DNA from: a virus
Virus record (IMG/VR): IMGVR_UViG_3300033571_011534
Span: 11,732-75,731 of that record
DNA length: 64,000 nucleotides
Direction: 5' to 3' (one strand)
Both the position numbers and the translations under genes were made by a program. The notes beneath the pieces are model-generated. The model saw only the letters and a program-made list of their open reading frames with translations. It made no database searches and was not told the DNA's origin. This document shows, in pieces, positions 9,209 to 18,810 of this stretch. Positions within the stretch are counted from its first letter, which is position 1; each line of letters starts with the position of its first letter.

Positions 9209-11605
9209 TTAGGCCTTTAGGTCTCCATAAACAATCCAGCTGTTCTCTGAACGCTTTAGAATTGTTGCAGATGACCACTGAGTTCTAAGCTTTAGACCTG
9301 GTGTTGAGTTTACGGTAACACCAGCAGCACCAGCAATCGTAACCTCACCAGTACCAGTTCCAAGGATGTCCATGGATGCTCCGACTGGCCATGCCAGGGT
9401 AGCGTTTGCTGGAATTGTAAAGGTAGTTGCTGAAGATGAGCTCATCTCTACAATACCGTCTCTTAGGTCTAGGTCGTCTAGTGTATAGCTTGAAGTTTTT
9501 ACTACAAACTCAGTAAGTGATGGAACACCAACTTTAGTCTGGGTACCGTCGGTAAATACGACTCCAGCAGCAGTTAGGTTGTTTACCTGTAGGTCATCAA
9601 GAGATCCCTGTCCAAAATCAACAGTTGTTGCAGGCTCAGTGGTTACACCCTTGAATAGCTTCCAGCGGTCGTCAGATACGTCACGAACGATACCAGCATG
9701 CTTTAATGCTCCGTCGTTGTATCCTACTACAAGACCAAGGTCTACGGTGTTTGCAGCATTTTCGTGTGCAAGCTGAAGCATGTTGTCTTCAATTGTGATG
9801 CTTGTTGCACTTGCTAAAAACTCTGTACCATTTACAGTCAAGTCACCGTCAACAACTAGATTTCCTTCTACTTCTACGTTTCCAGTAAAGGTTGCACCAG
9901 AAAGGTTTGCCTTTGCGTCTAAAGCTGTTTGAGTTGCAGTAGAAACTGGCTTGTCAGCATCAGAGGTGTTGTCTACATCTCCAAGACCAACGTGTGCCTT
10001 TGTTACACCCGCAACAGTTCCAGTAAATGTTGGATTAGCTGTAGGAGCCTTAGAGTCTAACTGATCCTGAACGTTTGAAGATACAGTAGAGATGTGGCCA
10101 AGCTCAGTTGCAGACACGTTTCCAATCGAAGTAGTGCTTGGAAGAGTTACTGTTCCAGAAAGCGTTGGGTTATTAAGTGGTGCATAAGTTGCAGACGCCA
10201 CTGAAGAGTCTAGCTTGTCATCAATCTGGTTCTGGATTGAAGATGTTACACCATTAAGGTGACCAATCTCGGAAGAAGAGACGTCCCCAATTGAAGTGGT
10301 AGATGGCAAGACAACAGTTCCAGTAAAGTTTGGTGATTCTGATGGAGCCTTCTCTGCAAGATCAGAAACGACAGTATTTAGAGTGGTCTGCTGATCTGCA
10401 AAGTCATTGTCAAGTCCCAAAATGTTAGCATTCGCTGCTATCAGTCCGTCAGACAAAGCACTTACTGCGTCATTGATAGTTAAAATATCTGTAGCAGCCT
10501 GGTTTGCAGTTGTGGTTACTGTAGCTAGGTCGTTTGCAACTGAAGTAACAGTATCAGAAATAGCATCATCAGCTGCAGTAAGGGTGTCAGAAAGTGTTAA
10601 AATTTCAGAATCAACATAGCCCTTGCTAGCAACAACATCTAGGTCTGCAGAAAAAGTATTTCCATTAAGAGTAATTCCTAGTCCAGCAAGATAGGTTCCT
10701 GCACCAGAGAACTGAGTAAATTCAACAGGGTCTGTTCCGATAGTTCCTACGGTAGCTGTTTGAACCCATCCAGTGTCTCCATTAACCGTTCCTCCAGATA
10801 CGAAAACAAAGTCACCAGCATCAATTTCTGCAGGTGAGTTATAGTCTTGTGCTCTATTGGTTGAATAGTTTGTTCCGCCCATGGACTGAAGAGCATAAAT
10901 ACCATTTTGTGTTGGGTCTGTTTGATCCTTTACAAGAATTCTCATGCCGTCGAAGGTTGTGACACCGTCAATGCTTGGAAGATTAGATCCAGAAGAAATA
11001 AGAATGTTTTCAGTTGTTGCAGCCGCTACAGACTCGTGAATGTGCAGGTTGGAAGCTACGCCATCAACATATGACTTAGTTGCAGCTTCTAGTGGCTGTG
11101 TTGGGTTTGCACTAAGAACAACAGAGCCAGTAAAGACTGCTCCATCTCCACGTGCGTAGTCTGCTAGCATAGTGTCAGTATAGTCTTTGGACTCTGTTAC
11201 TCCGTCCTCAACACTTTGCTGAATATTTGTAAAGAAGTTAGGGTCATCGCCAATAGCATCTGCTAGCTCTGAAAGAGTGTCAAGAGCTTCTGGTGCCAGG
11301 CCAACTACGTTTTCGATTGCCTGGTCTACATAGCCAAGCTGCGAGGCTGGAATCTGACCACTTGAGTTAAGAGTTGCAACACCATTAGCTGCGCCTCTCT
11401 GGGTAAGAGGAACATAGTCATCAATAGATCCGCCAAGCGTCGTTGCATTTTGGAAGTAGTCTAGCTGGCTCCAAGTGCTTTCTCCATCACCAATCTTAAA
11501 AGAGTTGGTGTCAACCTCGAAACCAATTTCTCCAGGTCCTAGCACTGGGTTTGCTGTGGTCCACTGTTCTGCGGTACCACGACGCTGCTGCATTCTAATA
11601 GCCAT
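9209..11605 (-). CDS. Tail fibre-like structural protein with Mtd N-terminal-like domain
   Basis: QRRGTAEQW...L.PGEIGFE.DT..FKIGDG N-terminus; APEALDTL.ELA, GLGDVDNTSDADKPVS fibre motifs; LRTQWSSAT...W.VYGDL C-terminus. Confidence 0.75.
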   Translation of the reverse strand: MAIRMQQRRGTAEQWTTANPVLGPGEIGFEVDTNSFKIGDGESTWSQLDYFQNATTLGGSIDDYVPLTQRGAANGVATLNSSGQIPASQLGYVDQAIENVVGLAPEALDTLSELADAIGDDPNFFTNIQQSVEDGVTESKDYTDTMLADYARGDGAVFTGSVVLSANPTQPLEAATKSYVDGVASNLHIHESVAAATTENILISSGSNLPSIDGVTTFDGMRILVKDQTDPTQNGIYALQSMGGTNYSTNRAQDYNSPAEIDAGDFVFVSGGTVNGDTGWVQTATVGTIGTDPVEFTQFSGAGTYLAGLGITLNGNTFSADLDVVASKGYVDSEILTLSDTLTAADDAISDTVTSVANDLATVTTTANQAATDILTINDAVSALSDGLIAANANILGLDNDFADQQTTLNTVVSDLAEKAPSESPNFTGTVVLPSTTSIGDVSSSEIGHLNGVTSSIQNQIDDKLDSSVASATYAPLNNPTLSGTVTLPSTTSIGNVSATELGHISTVSSNVQDQLDSKAPTANPTFTGTVAGVTKAHVGLGDVDNTSDADKPVSTATQTALDAKANLSGATFTGNVEVEGNLVVDGDLTVNGTEFLASATSITIEDNMLQLAHENAANTVDLGLVVGYNDGALKHAGIVRDVSDDRWKLFKGVTTEPATTVDFGQGSLDDLQVNNLTAAGVVFTDGTQTKVGVPSLTEFVVKTSSYTLDDLDLRDGIVEMSSSSATTFTIPANATLAWPVGASMDILGTGTGEVTIAGAAGVTVNSTPGLKLRTQWSSATILKRSENSWIVYGDLKA

Positions 11606-11671
11606 GTAAAAACTCCTCGTTAAAGCTTATATTAAATTATATATACAATTTTAAATAAAGATTTGATTTCT

Positions 11672-12127
11672 TTAGTTAAAATTATCTATTGCAATTCCAC
11701 CATTGTAGATGTCTGCCCAATCAATTGTTCCTGGGCCACCGCCATCTGCAGCAGTTCCCTGAGGCTGATTAAAGCTTCCAGCATCAACAAACCTGGTCAC
11801 GATAAGTCCATTTCCATCGATAGATGTATCGTGAATGTGGTCTGGAATATTTAGCGTGTCATCGATTGTTGCGATTGTTCGCCAAAGTCCTTCGTAGTAT
11901 ACGTTAATTCTTTCTACAATGGTGTCGAACCAAAGCATTCCGTTTAGTGGGTCTTCTGGAGGGGTTGATCCAGAAGGCATAAGTCCAGAAACAGAGTCAA
12001 CGTATTCTTTTGTTGCTAAATGTGTAGGAAGAGTAGGGTTAGCCGCAGCAACATTTCCTCCAAATAAACCGTCGCCAGCTACCTGTATTCCATGCTTGAC
12101 TTTAAAGTCTTTATTAACTGCAGTCAT
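11672..12127 (-). CDS. Virion structural protein (tail fibre associated)
   Basis: KDFKVKHG N-terminus shared with the adjacent gene; ATKEYVD and G.LWFDT fibre motifs. Confidence 0.55.
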   Translation of the reverse strand: MTAVNKDFKVKHGIQVAGDGLFGGNVAAANPTLPTHLATKEYVDSVSGLMPSGSTPPEDPLNGMLWFDTIVERINVYYEGLWRTIATIDDTLNIPDHIHDTSIDGNGLIVTRFVDAGSFNQPQGTAADGGGPGTIDWADIYNGGIAIDNFN

Positions 12128-12153
12128 CCCTACTCTCCCTATTTATTAAATTA

Positions 12154-14445
12154 CTATGAAAGTAATGTTCCCATTACCTTGATTGTTGAATTGTTGTTGG
12201 TTGGGGTAACAAGAAGTCTTACGTTACCGCCAGTTACGTCTGCAGTAATACCTGATGCAGAACCGTTTGTTCCTACAACAGCGTACTCTGTAATCGCAAT
12301 GTTGTCTGAAGAGTCAAGGGTCAAAAGAACCTCTGATACCTCAGTGTGAGATCCGTGAGCAACCTTAACCAAGAACTTTGCAGATCGGTAATCTGCAGTA
12401 GCAAAGCTGTATGCTACAACGTTCTGGGAAGCGTCTCCAGAAGATGCTGCTGCAACCTGAGTTGCAACCTCATTAATGTCGATCTCTGTAAAGTTAGGAA
12501 CAACAGCCTCTAGAGCAGATACTGCACGAGCATCCGTAAAGTAGAGGTTTGTAGAACCTTCAGCAAGATCATCAGTATCAGAGTCTGCAACACCGTTTTC
12601 AGCAGTAATGGTTAGACCATTCTCATCTCCAGTAATCTGAATGTTGGTTTTTGTTGCTCCAACAAGAAGGTCTGCTGCATCTGCCTTTGCACGTGATGTA
12701 GTGTAGTAAAGGTTGGTTGTGCCTTCCTCAATGTCATCAGTGTCAAGTGCGTTAATAGCATCGCCAATAGTTCCGCCTACTGCATCAATTGCTCTCTGGT
12801 TTGTGAAGTATAGGTTATTGCTTCCCTCTTCAATGTCGTCAGAGTTTAGAGCAGAGATTTCTGTGTCTGTGTAAAGCTTTGCATCAGCTTCTGCCAAATC
12901 AGCGTAGTTCTGGTAAGCAGTAGTGATTGCAGCTTCACGAGCATCTGTGTGGTCCTTGGCATTGTTTTCTGCTGTGTTTGCATAACCCTGAGCAGCAGTG
13001 TCTAGATCTGAGATTTCGGCGTCTACATAAGACTTAGTAGCAGTGTAGTCCTCGTCAATAGAAAATGAGTTTCCATTCAGATTTAGACCAGTGCCTGCAA
13101 CGTACTCTCCAGCACCAGAGAACTGATCAAAATTAATTGAGCTTGTTCCCAAAGTTGTTACAACGTTTGTCTGAACCCATCCAGTACTTGCGTAGGTGTT
13201 ACCTCCAGTTACGAAGGTAAAGTCACCACCCTGGATTTCGGCAGCAGAGTTGTAGTCATCTGCACGTACCCAAGCACCAGGCTTTGCTAGATAGATACCA
13301 TTCTCAGTGGTATTTGACTGATTCTTAACAAGGACACGCTCATCTTCGTTAAGACCTACGCCATCAATTGTTAGCAAGCCACCTGTTGCAAGATCTACGT
13401 TTGCAGCTGTTGCTGCAACTACAGATGCGTGAACATGTAGTCCCTCTGCAACTGCGTCTACGTACTGCTTTGTAGCTGCACCAAGTGCCTGAGTTGGGTC
13501 TCCAGGAAGAATAACATCACCAGTAAAGGTTGCTCCAGCTAGTGGTGCATACAGAAGTGCTGCTGCACTAGCTGCTGCATTGATAGCATCAGCCTCAGCT
13601 TCATCTGCATACTCCCTTAGAGAAGTGTCTAGTGTGTCAATCTCGTCATTGGTGTATGCGTTTGCGGAACCAAGAGTTGCGGTGTCTGCGTCATCTACAT
13701 AGTTCTTAGTTGTAGCATCTGTACCAGCAGTAGGTGTTCCAAGATCTTCAATCTTGTTACCGTTCATGTCTAGGTTTACAGATAGGTTAGTTCCCGCACC
13801 AAGAGTCTTGTTGGTAAGAGCCTGGGTATTGTCAGTTCCTACAACGAATCCAGATACTCCGTGTACGCCTGTGTCTAGGTCTGAGTGGTTGGTTACTGCT
13901 GTTGCAATTCTGTCTGATACTGTGTTTCCAGCGGTACCGTCAACAGTATTGTCACCGATTAGGTTATCAACTGTTCCCTTGACAACTACTTTGTTATCTG
14001 GTGCCTCGCCATTTATAAATACATTTCCATCAGGTACATCAAATTCTACCATTCCACTAGCACTAATGCCGATAAAATCATTTGCATCTAAACGAATATC
14101 ATCTGATGCATTTAGTCTAAAGTCATTAGTGTTAATCTCAACATCGGTGTTGTCAATATTGGCAATAACAAGATCGCCATCCTCATCCTCATAGATACGA
14201 GCGATGTCCGTAACACTAAGCTCATTTACTGTGATATCTCCTGCAGCAAAGTTACCGCTTGCATCACGCTTTACAACCTTGTTTGGCACATTTGCTGACT
14301 CTGCTCCGCCACCAGCTAGGTTGATAATGTACTGCTCATCTGCAGCATTTTCTTTCTTAAGGACATCGTATCCGCCTACGGTAGCATTTGCACCCTCAAC
14401 GACAAGTCCTGATTTAATCTTAAAGTCTTTTACGACTGTTGCCAT
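12154..14445 (-). CDS. Tail fibre-like structural protein
   Basis: ATK.YVD repeats, three DD(I/L).EG..NLY(F/Y)T..RA repeats, internal domain shared with 9209..11605. Confidence 0.7.
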   Translation of the reverse strand: MATVVKDFKIKSGLVVEGANATVGGYDVLKKENAADEQYIINLAGGGAESANVPNKVVKRDASGNFAAGDITVNELSVTDIARIYEDEDGDLVIANIDNTDVEINTNDFRLNASDDIRLDANDFIGISASGMVEFDVPDGNVFINGEAPDNKVVVKGTVDNLIGDNTVDGTAGNTVSDRIATAVTNHSDLDTGVHGVSGFVVGTDNTQALTNKTLGAGTNLSVNLDMNGNKIEDLGTPTAGTDATTKNYVDDADTATLGSANAYTNDEIDTLDTSLREYADEAEADAINAAASAAALLYAPLAGATFTGDVILPGDPTQALGAATKQYVDAVAEGLHVHASVVAATAANVDLATGGLLTIDGVGLNEDERVLVKNQSNTTENGIYLAKPGAWVRADDYNSAAEIQGGDFTFVTGGNTYASTGWVQTNVVTTLGTSSINFDQFSGAGEYVAGTGLNLNGNSFSIDEDYTATKSYVDAEISDLDTAAQGYANTAENNAKDHTDAREAAITTAYQNYADLAEADAKLYTDTEISALNSDDIEEGSNNLYFTNQRAIDAVGGTIGDAINALDTDDIEEGTTNLYYTTSRAKADAADLLVGATKTNIQITGDENGLTITAENGVADSDTDDLAEGSTNLYFTDARAVSALEAVVPNFTEIDINEVATQVAAASSGDASQNVVAYSFATADYRSAKFLVKVAHGSHTEVSEVLLTLDSSDNIAITEYAVVGTNGSASGITADVTGGNVRLLVTPTNNNSTIKVMGTLLS

Positions 14446-14463
14446 TTTTTATCTCCTTTTAAT

Positions 14464-14910
14464 TTATGCCTTTAGCCCCATGCGAGCGAATCGCACGGTG
14501 ACTGGCTTAATAGCTGAATCTGGGGTAACAGTTATAGCAACTGTATCTCCAGCCCTAGAGACATTAACGGTGCCCATATTCCCATCGTTGTCTATTGTTC
14601 CGTATTCAGTGACAGAGACATTTTCCTCGTCAACCAATACGGTTAATTCTGTAGCATAGAAGAGGTTATCCCCCTGAGTTGTTTTTGATATTGAAACAAT
14701 GTACTTAACCATTCTCCACTGAGTTGCGTTAAAGCTATCAATGATTGTTGGATTTTCAATTCCAAAGATTTCGTTTTCATTGTTTCCAAATGTTCCTAAA
14801 TCAGTTGCCTGACTGGACATTGTGTCAATCAAGTCTTCATAGTCAGTCTGACTTGGTCTGTCTCCAGTTTCATATCTGGATTTAACATAGGGTATAGTTA
14901 CTCTTGCCAT
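14464..14910 (-). CDS. Structural protein
   Basis: ETGDRP...DY.DLID N-terminus; beta-rich C-terminus similar to that of 12154..14445. Confidence 0.55.
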   Translation of the reverse strand: MARVTIPYVKSRYETGDRPSQTDYEDLIDTMSSQATDLGTFGNNENEIFGIENPTIIDSFNATQWRMVKYIVSISKTTQGDNLFYATELTVLVDEENVSVTEYGTIDNDGNMGTVNVSRAGDTVAITVTPDSAIKPVTVRFARMGLKA

Positions 14911-14940
14911 ATTTATTATTATAAATAGCTTTTTTAAAGA

Positions 14941-15165
14941 TTATAGAATATAGTTGCTATATCCAATAATTTGTACGCCAATTCCAGGAACATTATTACT
15001 AGAAAAACCAGGAATCTGAATACTTGTAAATCTTACTCTAAATGGTAGCGTGTCTAGAATCTTTACTCTTCCAGACTTGTAAGTTATTTTTGATCGATGG
15101 CTACCGACTTCGTATATCTTTCTAACTTTTTCAGATTCAAGAATCTTTATAGTTGAAGTTGCCAC
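14941..15165 (-). CDS. Hypothetical protein in tail module
   Basis: Start overlaps the upstream stop; co-oriented. Confidence 0.5.
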   Translation of the reverse strand: MATSTIKILESEKVRKIYEVGSHRSKITYKSGRVKILDTLPFRVRFTSIQIPGFSSNNVPGIGVQIIGYSNYIL

Positions 15166-15575
15166 TAGTCAGTTACGTCCTCTAGAACAATGACACTACC
15201 CTGGGCCACTGTCCAAACCTTTGCATTTTGCGGTAAAGAAAGCTGGATGTCAAAAATATCTCCAGTCTCTAGAATCAGAGACTCGTCAGCAGTAATCGAT
15301 ACCGTAAACTCTCCTGGTCCGTCCTCTGGCGTTACGCTAGGGGTAACAGATAAAATAAGACTTGCATCATCAGAAATAGTCCCTAAAGATAGTGCTACGT
15401 TAGGTCTTTTAATTTTCATGCTAATTGACCAGTCTTCTATTACAAGTGGTTGCTTAGCATCGTCAACTGCAAAAACTCTAAATGCGGCAGTATCTCCTCT
15501 TACAAATGTCCAGGATACGAATGGTGGCTTGTTGCCAACGTCTACAAATCTAGAAGAACCTCTTGATACAGCCAT
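15165..15575 (-). CDS. BppU-N-like baseplate/tail adaptor protein
   Basis: RGDT...FDIQL...TVAQGS...EDVT pattern shared with 20492 and 21686. Confidence 0.5.
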   Translation of the reverse strand: MAVSRGSSRFVDVGNKPPFVSWTFVRGDTAAFRVFAVDDAKQPLVIEDWSISMKIKRPNVALSLGTISDDASLILSVTPSVTPEDGPGEFTVSITADESLILETGDIFDIQLSLPQNAKVWTVAQGSVIVLEDVTD

Positions 15576-15603
15576 AAATAAATTATAACATATTTAAATA
15601 ATC

Positions 15604-15633
15604 TTGACACTTTTACCCAAACGATGGTATAAT
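15604..15633 (+). promoter_or_regulatory. SigA-type promoter
   Basis: TTGACA-18bp-TATAAT with extended TG. Confidence 0.8.
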
Positions 15634-15681
15634 TTTATAAGAGACCCTTAAACAAGGTCTTTTTCCTTTAGGAGGTGCAAT

Positions 15682-16302
15682 TTGAGAAATACAGTTGCAA
15701 TAATGGGATCAGTATTAGTTTTGCTTGGATGCTCCTCGTCCACACATGCAAATGAACGCAGTAATTCGCTACCGCTTTCTTATAGCTCTAGCTATTCGAC
15801 AGGGCCGATTGGCGATCTTCTTGGAGTAAGTGACGATATTACGATGCTAGAAAAATTAGCAGAAGATTATCAAATAGCTTCACAAAAAGAATTTGAAAGA
15901 AAAAAGGCAGCAATACAAAACAGAATGGCGCTAGAGTCTAGAATGAAAGCCCTTTATTCTTATGTTGGAAAAACCCCATACGTTTTTGCTGGCTCTACCC
16001 CTAGAGGATGGGACTGCTCTGGACTAGTTCTGTGGTTTTACTCTGGACTAGGGGTAGACCTTGAGCATTCTGCAACGAAGCAGGCAATGTCTGGGAAAAA
16101 GGTAGAAATTCCAGCTTTTGGAGATCTTGTGGCATTTAAGCATTTTAGTGCCAAGAAGTATTTTCATATTGGGATCTACATTGGTGACGGAAAAATTATC
16201 CACTCCAGAGAGCCTGGAACAGTGACCGCCATATCAGAAATTAACGACAAGTGGTTTGAAAGAAGCTACGTTGAGTTTGTCAGAATTGTAGACACTCAGT
16301 GA
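15682..16302 (+). CDS. NlpC/P60 cell-wall peptidase, probable lipoprotein
   Basis: GKTPYVFAG...GWDCSGLV, HIGIY.G...IH; LLGC lipobox; AGGAGG RBS. Confidence 0.9.
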   Translation: MRNTVAIMGSVLVLLGCSSSTHANERSNSLPLSYSSSYSTGPIGDLLGVSDDITMLEKLAEDYQIASQKEFERKKAAIQNRMALESRMKALYSYVGKTPYVFAGSTPRGWDCSGLVLWFYSGLGVDLEHSATKQAMSGKKVEIPAFGDLVAFKHFSAKKYFHIGIYIGDGKIIHSREPGTVTAISEINDKWFERSYVEFVRIVDTQ

Positions 16303-16799
16303 AAATCGTTTTATCAATAACTTCTTTTTTAGCCCTGTCTGGATTAGCCATAGGGCTTGTTTCAAGCTTTTCAAAAAATGATACCCAATCGCTAAAAGTC
16401 TCAAATGCCGCCACTGTGTCATTTGAGCGGGGAAGCTACAAAATAGTAAAAGAAAAAGATACCTATAAAACACAAATATCTGAAAAAAGACTTAGACAAA
16501 TATTAAGTAAAGTAGGATTTAAAGAAGATGCATTAGATATGGCCGTAGCTATTGCATATTACGAATCAACCTTTAGACCCATGGCATTAAATAGATCTAG
16601 CAACTGCTATGGACTATTCCAAATAAATATGACTGGCGACCTTGGAAAATCACGTAGGGAAAAATACGGACTATCTAAAAATGAAGATCTATTTAATCCT
16701 GTAATCAATGCGTCTATTGCATATAAAATGTCAAATGGTGGAAAGAACTGGTCTGCCTGGACAACTAAGGATCTTGCAGAAGCAAAGGTTAACGGCTAA
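16299..16799 (+). CDS. Secreted lytic transglycosylase (SLT/lysozyme-like)
   Basis: Signal peptide; AIAYYES, GLFQIN, NP..NA, WSAW. Confidence 0.85.
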   Translation: MKIVLSITSFLALSGLAIGLVSSFSKNDTQSLKVSNAATVSFERGSYKIVKEKDTYKTQISEKRLRQILSKVGFKEDALDMAVAIAYYESTFRPMALNRSSNCYGLFQINMTGDLGKSRREKYGLSKNEDLFNPVINASIAYKMSNGGKNWSAWTTKDLAEAKVNG

Positions 16800-17044
16800 A
16801 CTTCTTCCTTTGCCCATTTGTGTAATGGACATTCAGCGTGGGCAATAGTTGTCTTTGCCCTCATAAAGCATCCACACTTCTTGCAAGTTTTAGTTGCCTG
16901 AATTAACTCTGGACACGCTTTACAAATATCATATCGTGCTTGTGCAATTTCTTTAGAGACATATTTAGTTGCTGGATTAATGAGATCCCATGGCCTGGTC
17001 TCTCCCAAATTCTCTTTCCATTGTTCCCAAGGAGTTTTAGTCAT
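16796..17044 (-). CDS. Small Cys-rich protein (DUF6171-like)
   Basis: R..IC..CP...C..CGCFM..K......CP..KW; paralog of 23482..23682. Confidence 0.65.
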   Translation of the reverse strand: MTKTPWEQWKENLGETRPWDLINPATKYVSKEIAQARYDICKACPELIQATKTCKKCGCFMRAKTTIAHAECPLHKWAKEEV

Positions 17045-17276
17045 CTAACTCGTACCCTGGCCCTTCTTGATTGTGATATGGATCTGATGCTGGTCTATAC
17101 AGCATTCCGTCAATGACCCTCCAGGCTGGCGAAATATCGTCAAAGCCAGTAACCTCTATAACCTGAGGCCCTGATCTAAGACCAGCGATGATTCCGTCAA
17201 ACTGCGGATCATCTGGAAGCTTCATAATATGAAAAACTTCTCCATTTATAACAAATGCAAATACTTTTTCTGACAT
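17037..17276 (-). CDS. Hypothetical protein
   Basis: Leaderless start MSEKVF after a TATAAT box. Confidence 0.55.
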   Translation of the reverse strand: MSEKVFAFVINGEVFHIMKLPDDPQFDGIIAGLRSGPQVIEVTGFDDISPAWRVIDGMLYRPASDPYHNQEGPGYELDD

Positions 17277-17290
17277 ATAGCCATTATACA

Positions 17291-18166
17291 CTAGACAGCG
17301 ACTAGTCTGCCAGTTGTTGGCGTAGTACATCCTCTGGACTGTAGTCTAGAAGTACTATCGCAAGAAGATGAAAATGTGGTAACAACCCTGTCCTGAACTC
17401 CACCAGAGCATCGGCTCCAGCTTCCTTCTACTGTCATAGAGCAGCATCTGCTATCAGATTGAGTGTATTTTGAGCAGTCCGATCTTGTACACGTTCTGGT
17501 TCCAGACTGAGTTCCTCCAGAACAACCTCCCCAACTATAAGAGCCACATCCAGAGCTGCAGCAAGATCTTGTTGTTTCCTCAAACCTAATACTGCAATCA
17601 GTTCTAGTACAAACTCTTTCTCCAATTTGAACACCACCAGAACATGGCCCCCATGTATAAGATCCACAGTTTGCGCTGCAGGTGGGAGCTGGAGGAACGT
17701 ATCCGCAAGTTGTTGAGTTAGAAATGCTACTTGTTGAGCTTACAGATGAGCAAGACTGAGTTTGAACAGACACAGACCCATCGCTATAGGAGTATGTTAC
17801 CTGATTTTCCCTAAAGGTAGTTGTGGTTGTAAGAAGTGTAGTTCCACTACAAAAAGTGCTACTTGATGATCCAACAGAGTAACATGGCCCCGAAATAACA
17901 TCGACCAAAACGATTGCTGGCGGTACATAAGACGAATAAACAAAAGAAATCGGCAGCTCGTAATCAATTAACGTACCAGCGTTTACTGATTGTGAATTAA
18001 TTCTGTCATTAAGAGATTGGTTCGTGGTACTAGACGAGCTTTCCGCATTAAACCTTAGTCCAGCAGACTGAATAGCCGCCCTGGCCTGCTCTCTAGTTAG
18101 TCCAGAAAGGTTCGGCATGGCAACCATTCCCTTGGATGATCCGAATCTAGATAAAGCCCCTAGCAT
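17291..18166 (-). CDS. PASTA-like domain plus Cys-rich thrombospondin-type-1-like repeats
   Basis: MPNLSGLT..QARAAI..AGL...SQS..AG; three W..CSGG.Q...R repeats. Confidence 0.65.
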   Translation of the reverse strand: MLGALSRFGSSKGMVAMPNLSGLTREQARAAIQSAGLRFNAESSSSTTNQSLNDRINSQSVNAGTLIDYELPISFVYSSYVPPAIVLVDVISGPCYSVGSSSSTFCSGTTLLTTTTTFRENQVTYSYSDGSVSVQTQSCSSVSSTSSISNSTTCGYVPPAPTCSANCGSYTWGPCSGGVQIGERVCTRTDCSIRFEETTRSCCSSGCGSYSWGGCSGGTQSGTRTCTRSDCSKYTQSDSRCCSMTVEGSWSRCSGGVQDRVVTTFSSSCDSTSRLQSRGCTTPTTGRLVAV

Positions 18167-18174
18167 TTGTCCAC

Positions 18175-18810
18175 CTAGGCCGTTAGGTCTCCAACTAGAT
18201 ACCAGATATTTTCTGCTTTTTTAAGCAAAACAGCCTGGGCATATCTTGAAGATATCTTCCTATTACCAAACTTACTCAAAAGTGTAATGCTTTGTGCGTT
18301 TGATGGTGCAAAGGTTGTTTGTCCAACTCCAGACTGAATAAATACGAACTGCGAACCTACTGGGATTGGGTCTTGCGAATTTGTTGGTATGGTAACTGTG
18401 TTATTTGTGGAAATGTTTATGTCGATAGTTCTTCCAGCATCTGCTGATGAAAGCGTAAAGTTTGAAGTTCTTTCTAATAGGCCTGCGTTGTCTCCATATA
18501 CTCGCCAAGCTCCGTTTGAGTAATACTGAAGCTGGTTTAGTGATCCACCAGACGAATTGTTTCTTACAAACGCAATAGCCCCATTTTGTGGAGTTGGGAT
18601 TGAAGAGTCTCTTTGAGCTGGGTTTTCGAAATTATTAATACCAAGCCTGGAAATAAAAGTTGATAAAACAGATATTGAATTTGAAAAATTATGGGTTCCG
18701 CTCCACTCAAAGTTTTGGGTTGTGTCAACTGATCCTGCAATTGGGAACCATGTGTCGGAGGCTTCATTATAAATATAACCAAGCTTTCCTGTAGAACTAA
18801 TGTTAGACAT
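18175..18810 (-). CDS. Structural protein (tail fibre associated)
   Basis: C-terminal VTIP...PVG....Q.G.GQ...W.LVGDL domain as in 9209..11605. Confidence 0.55.
   Translation of the reverse strand: MSNISSTGKLGYIYNEASDTWFPIAGSVDTTQNFEWSGTHNFSNSISVLSTFISRLGINNFENPAQRDSSIPTPQNGAIAFVRNNSSGGSLNQLQYYSNGAWRVYGDNAGLLERTSNFTLSSADAGRTIDINISTNNTVTIPTNSQDPIPVGSQFVFIQSGVGQTTFAPSNAQSITLLSKFGNRKISSRYAQAVLLKKAENIWYLVGDLTA

Noticed and set aside
9209-14445. Diversity-generating retroelement (Mtd-like N-terminus, duplicated segment)
   Set aside because: No reverse transcriptase in the window; the duplicated module differs at all base types, not only adenines.
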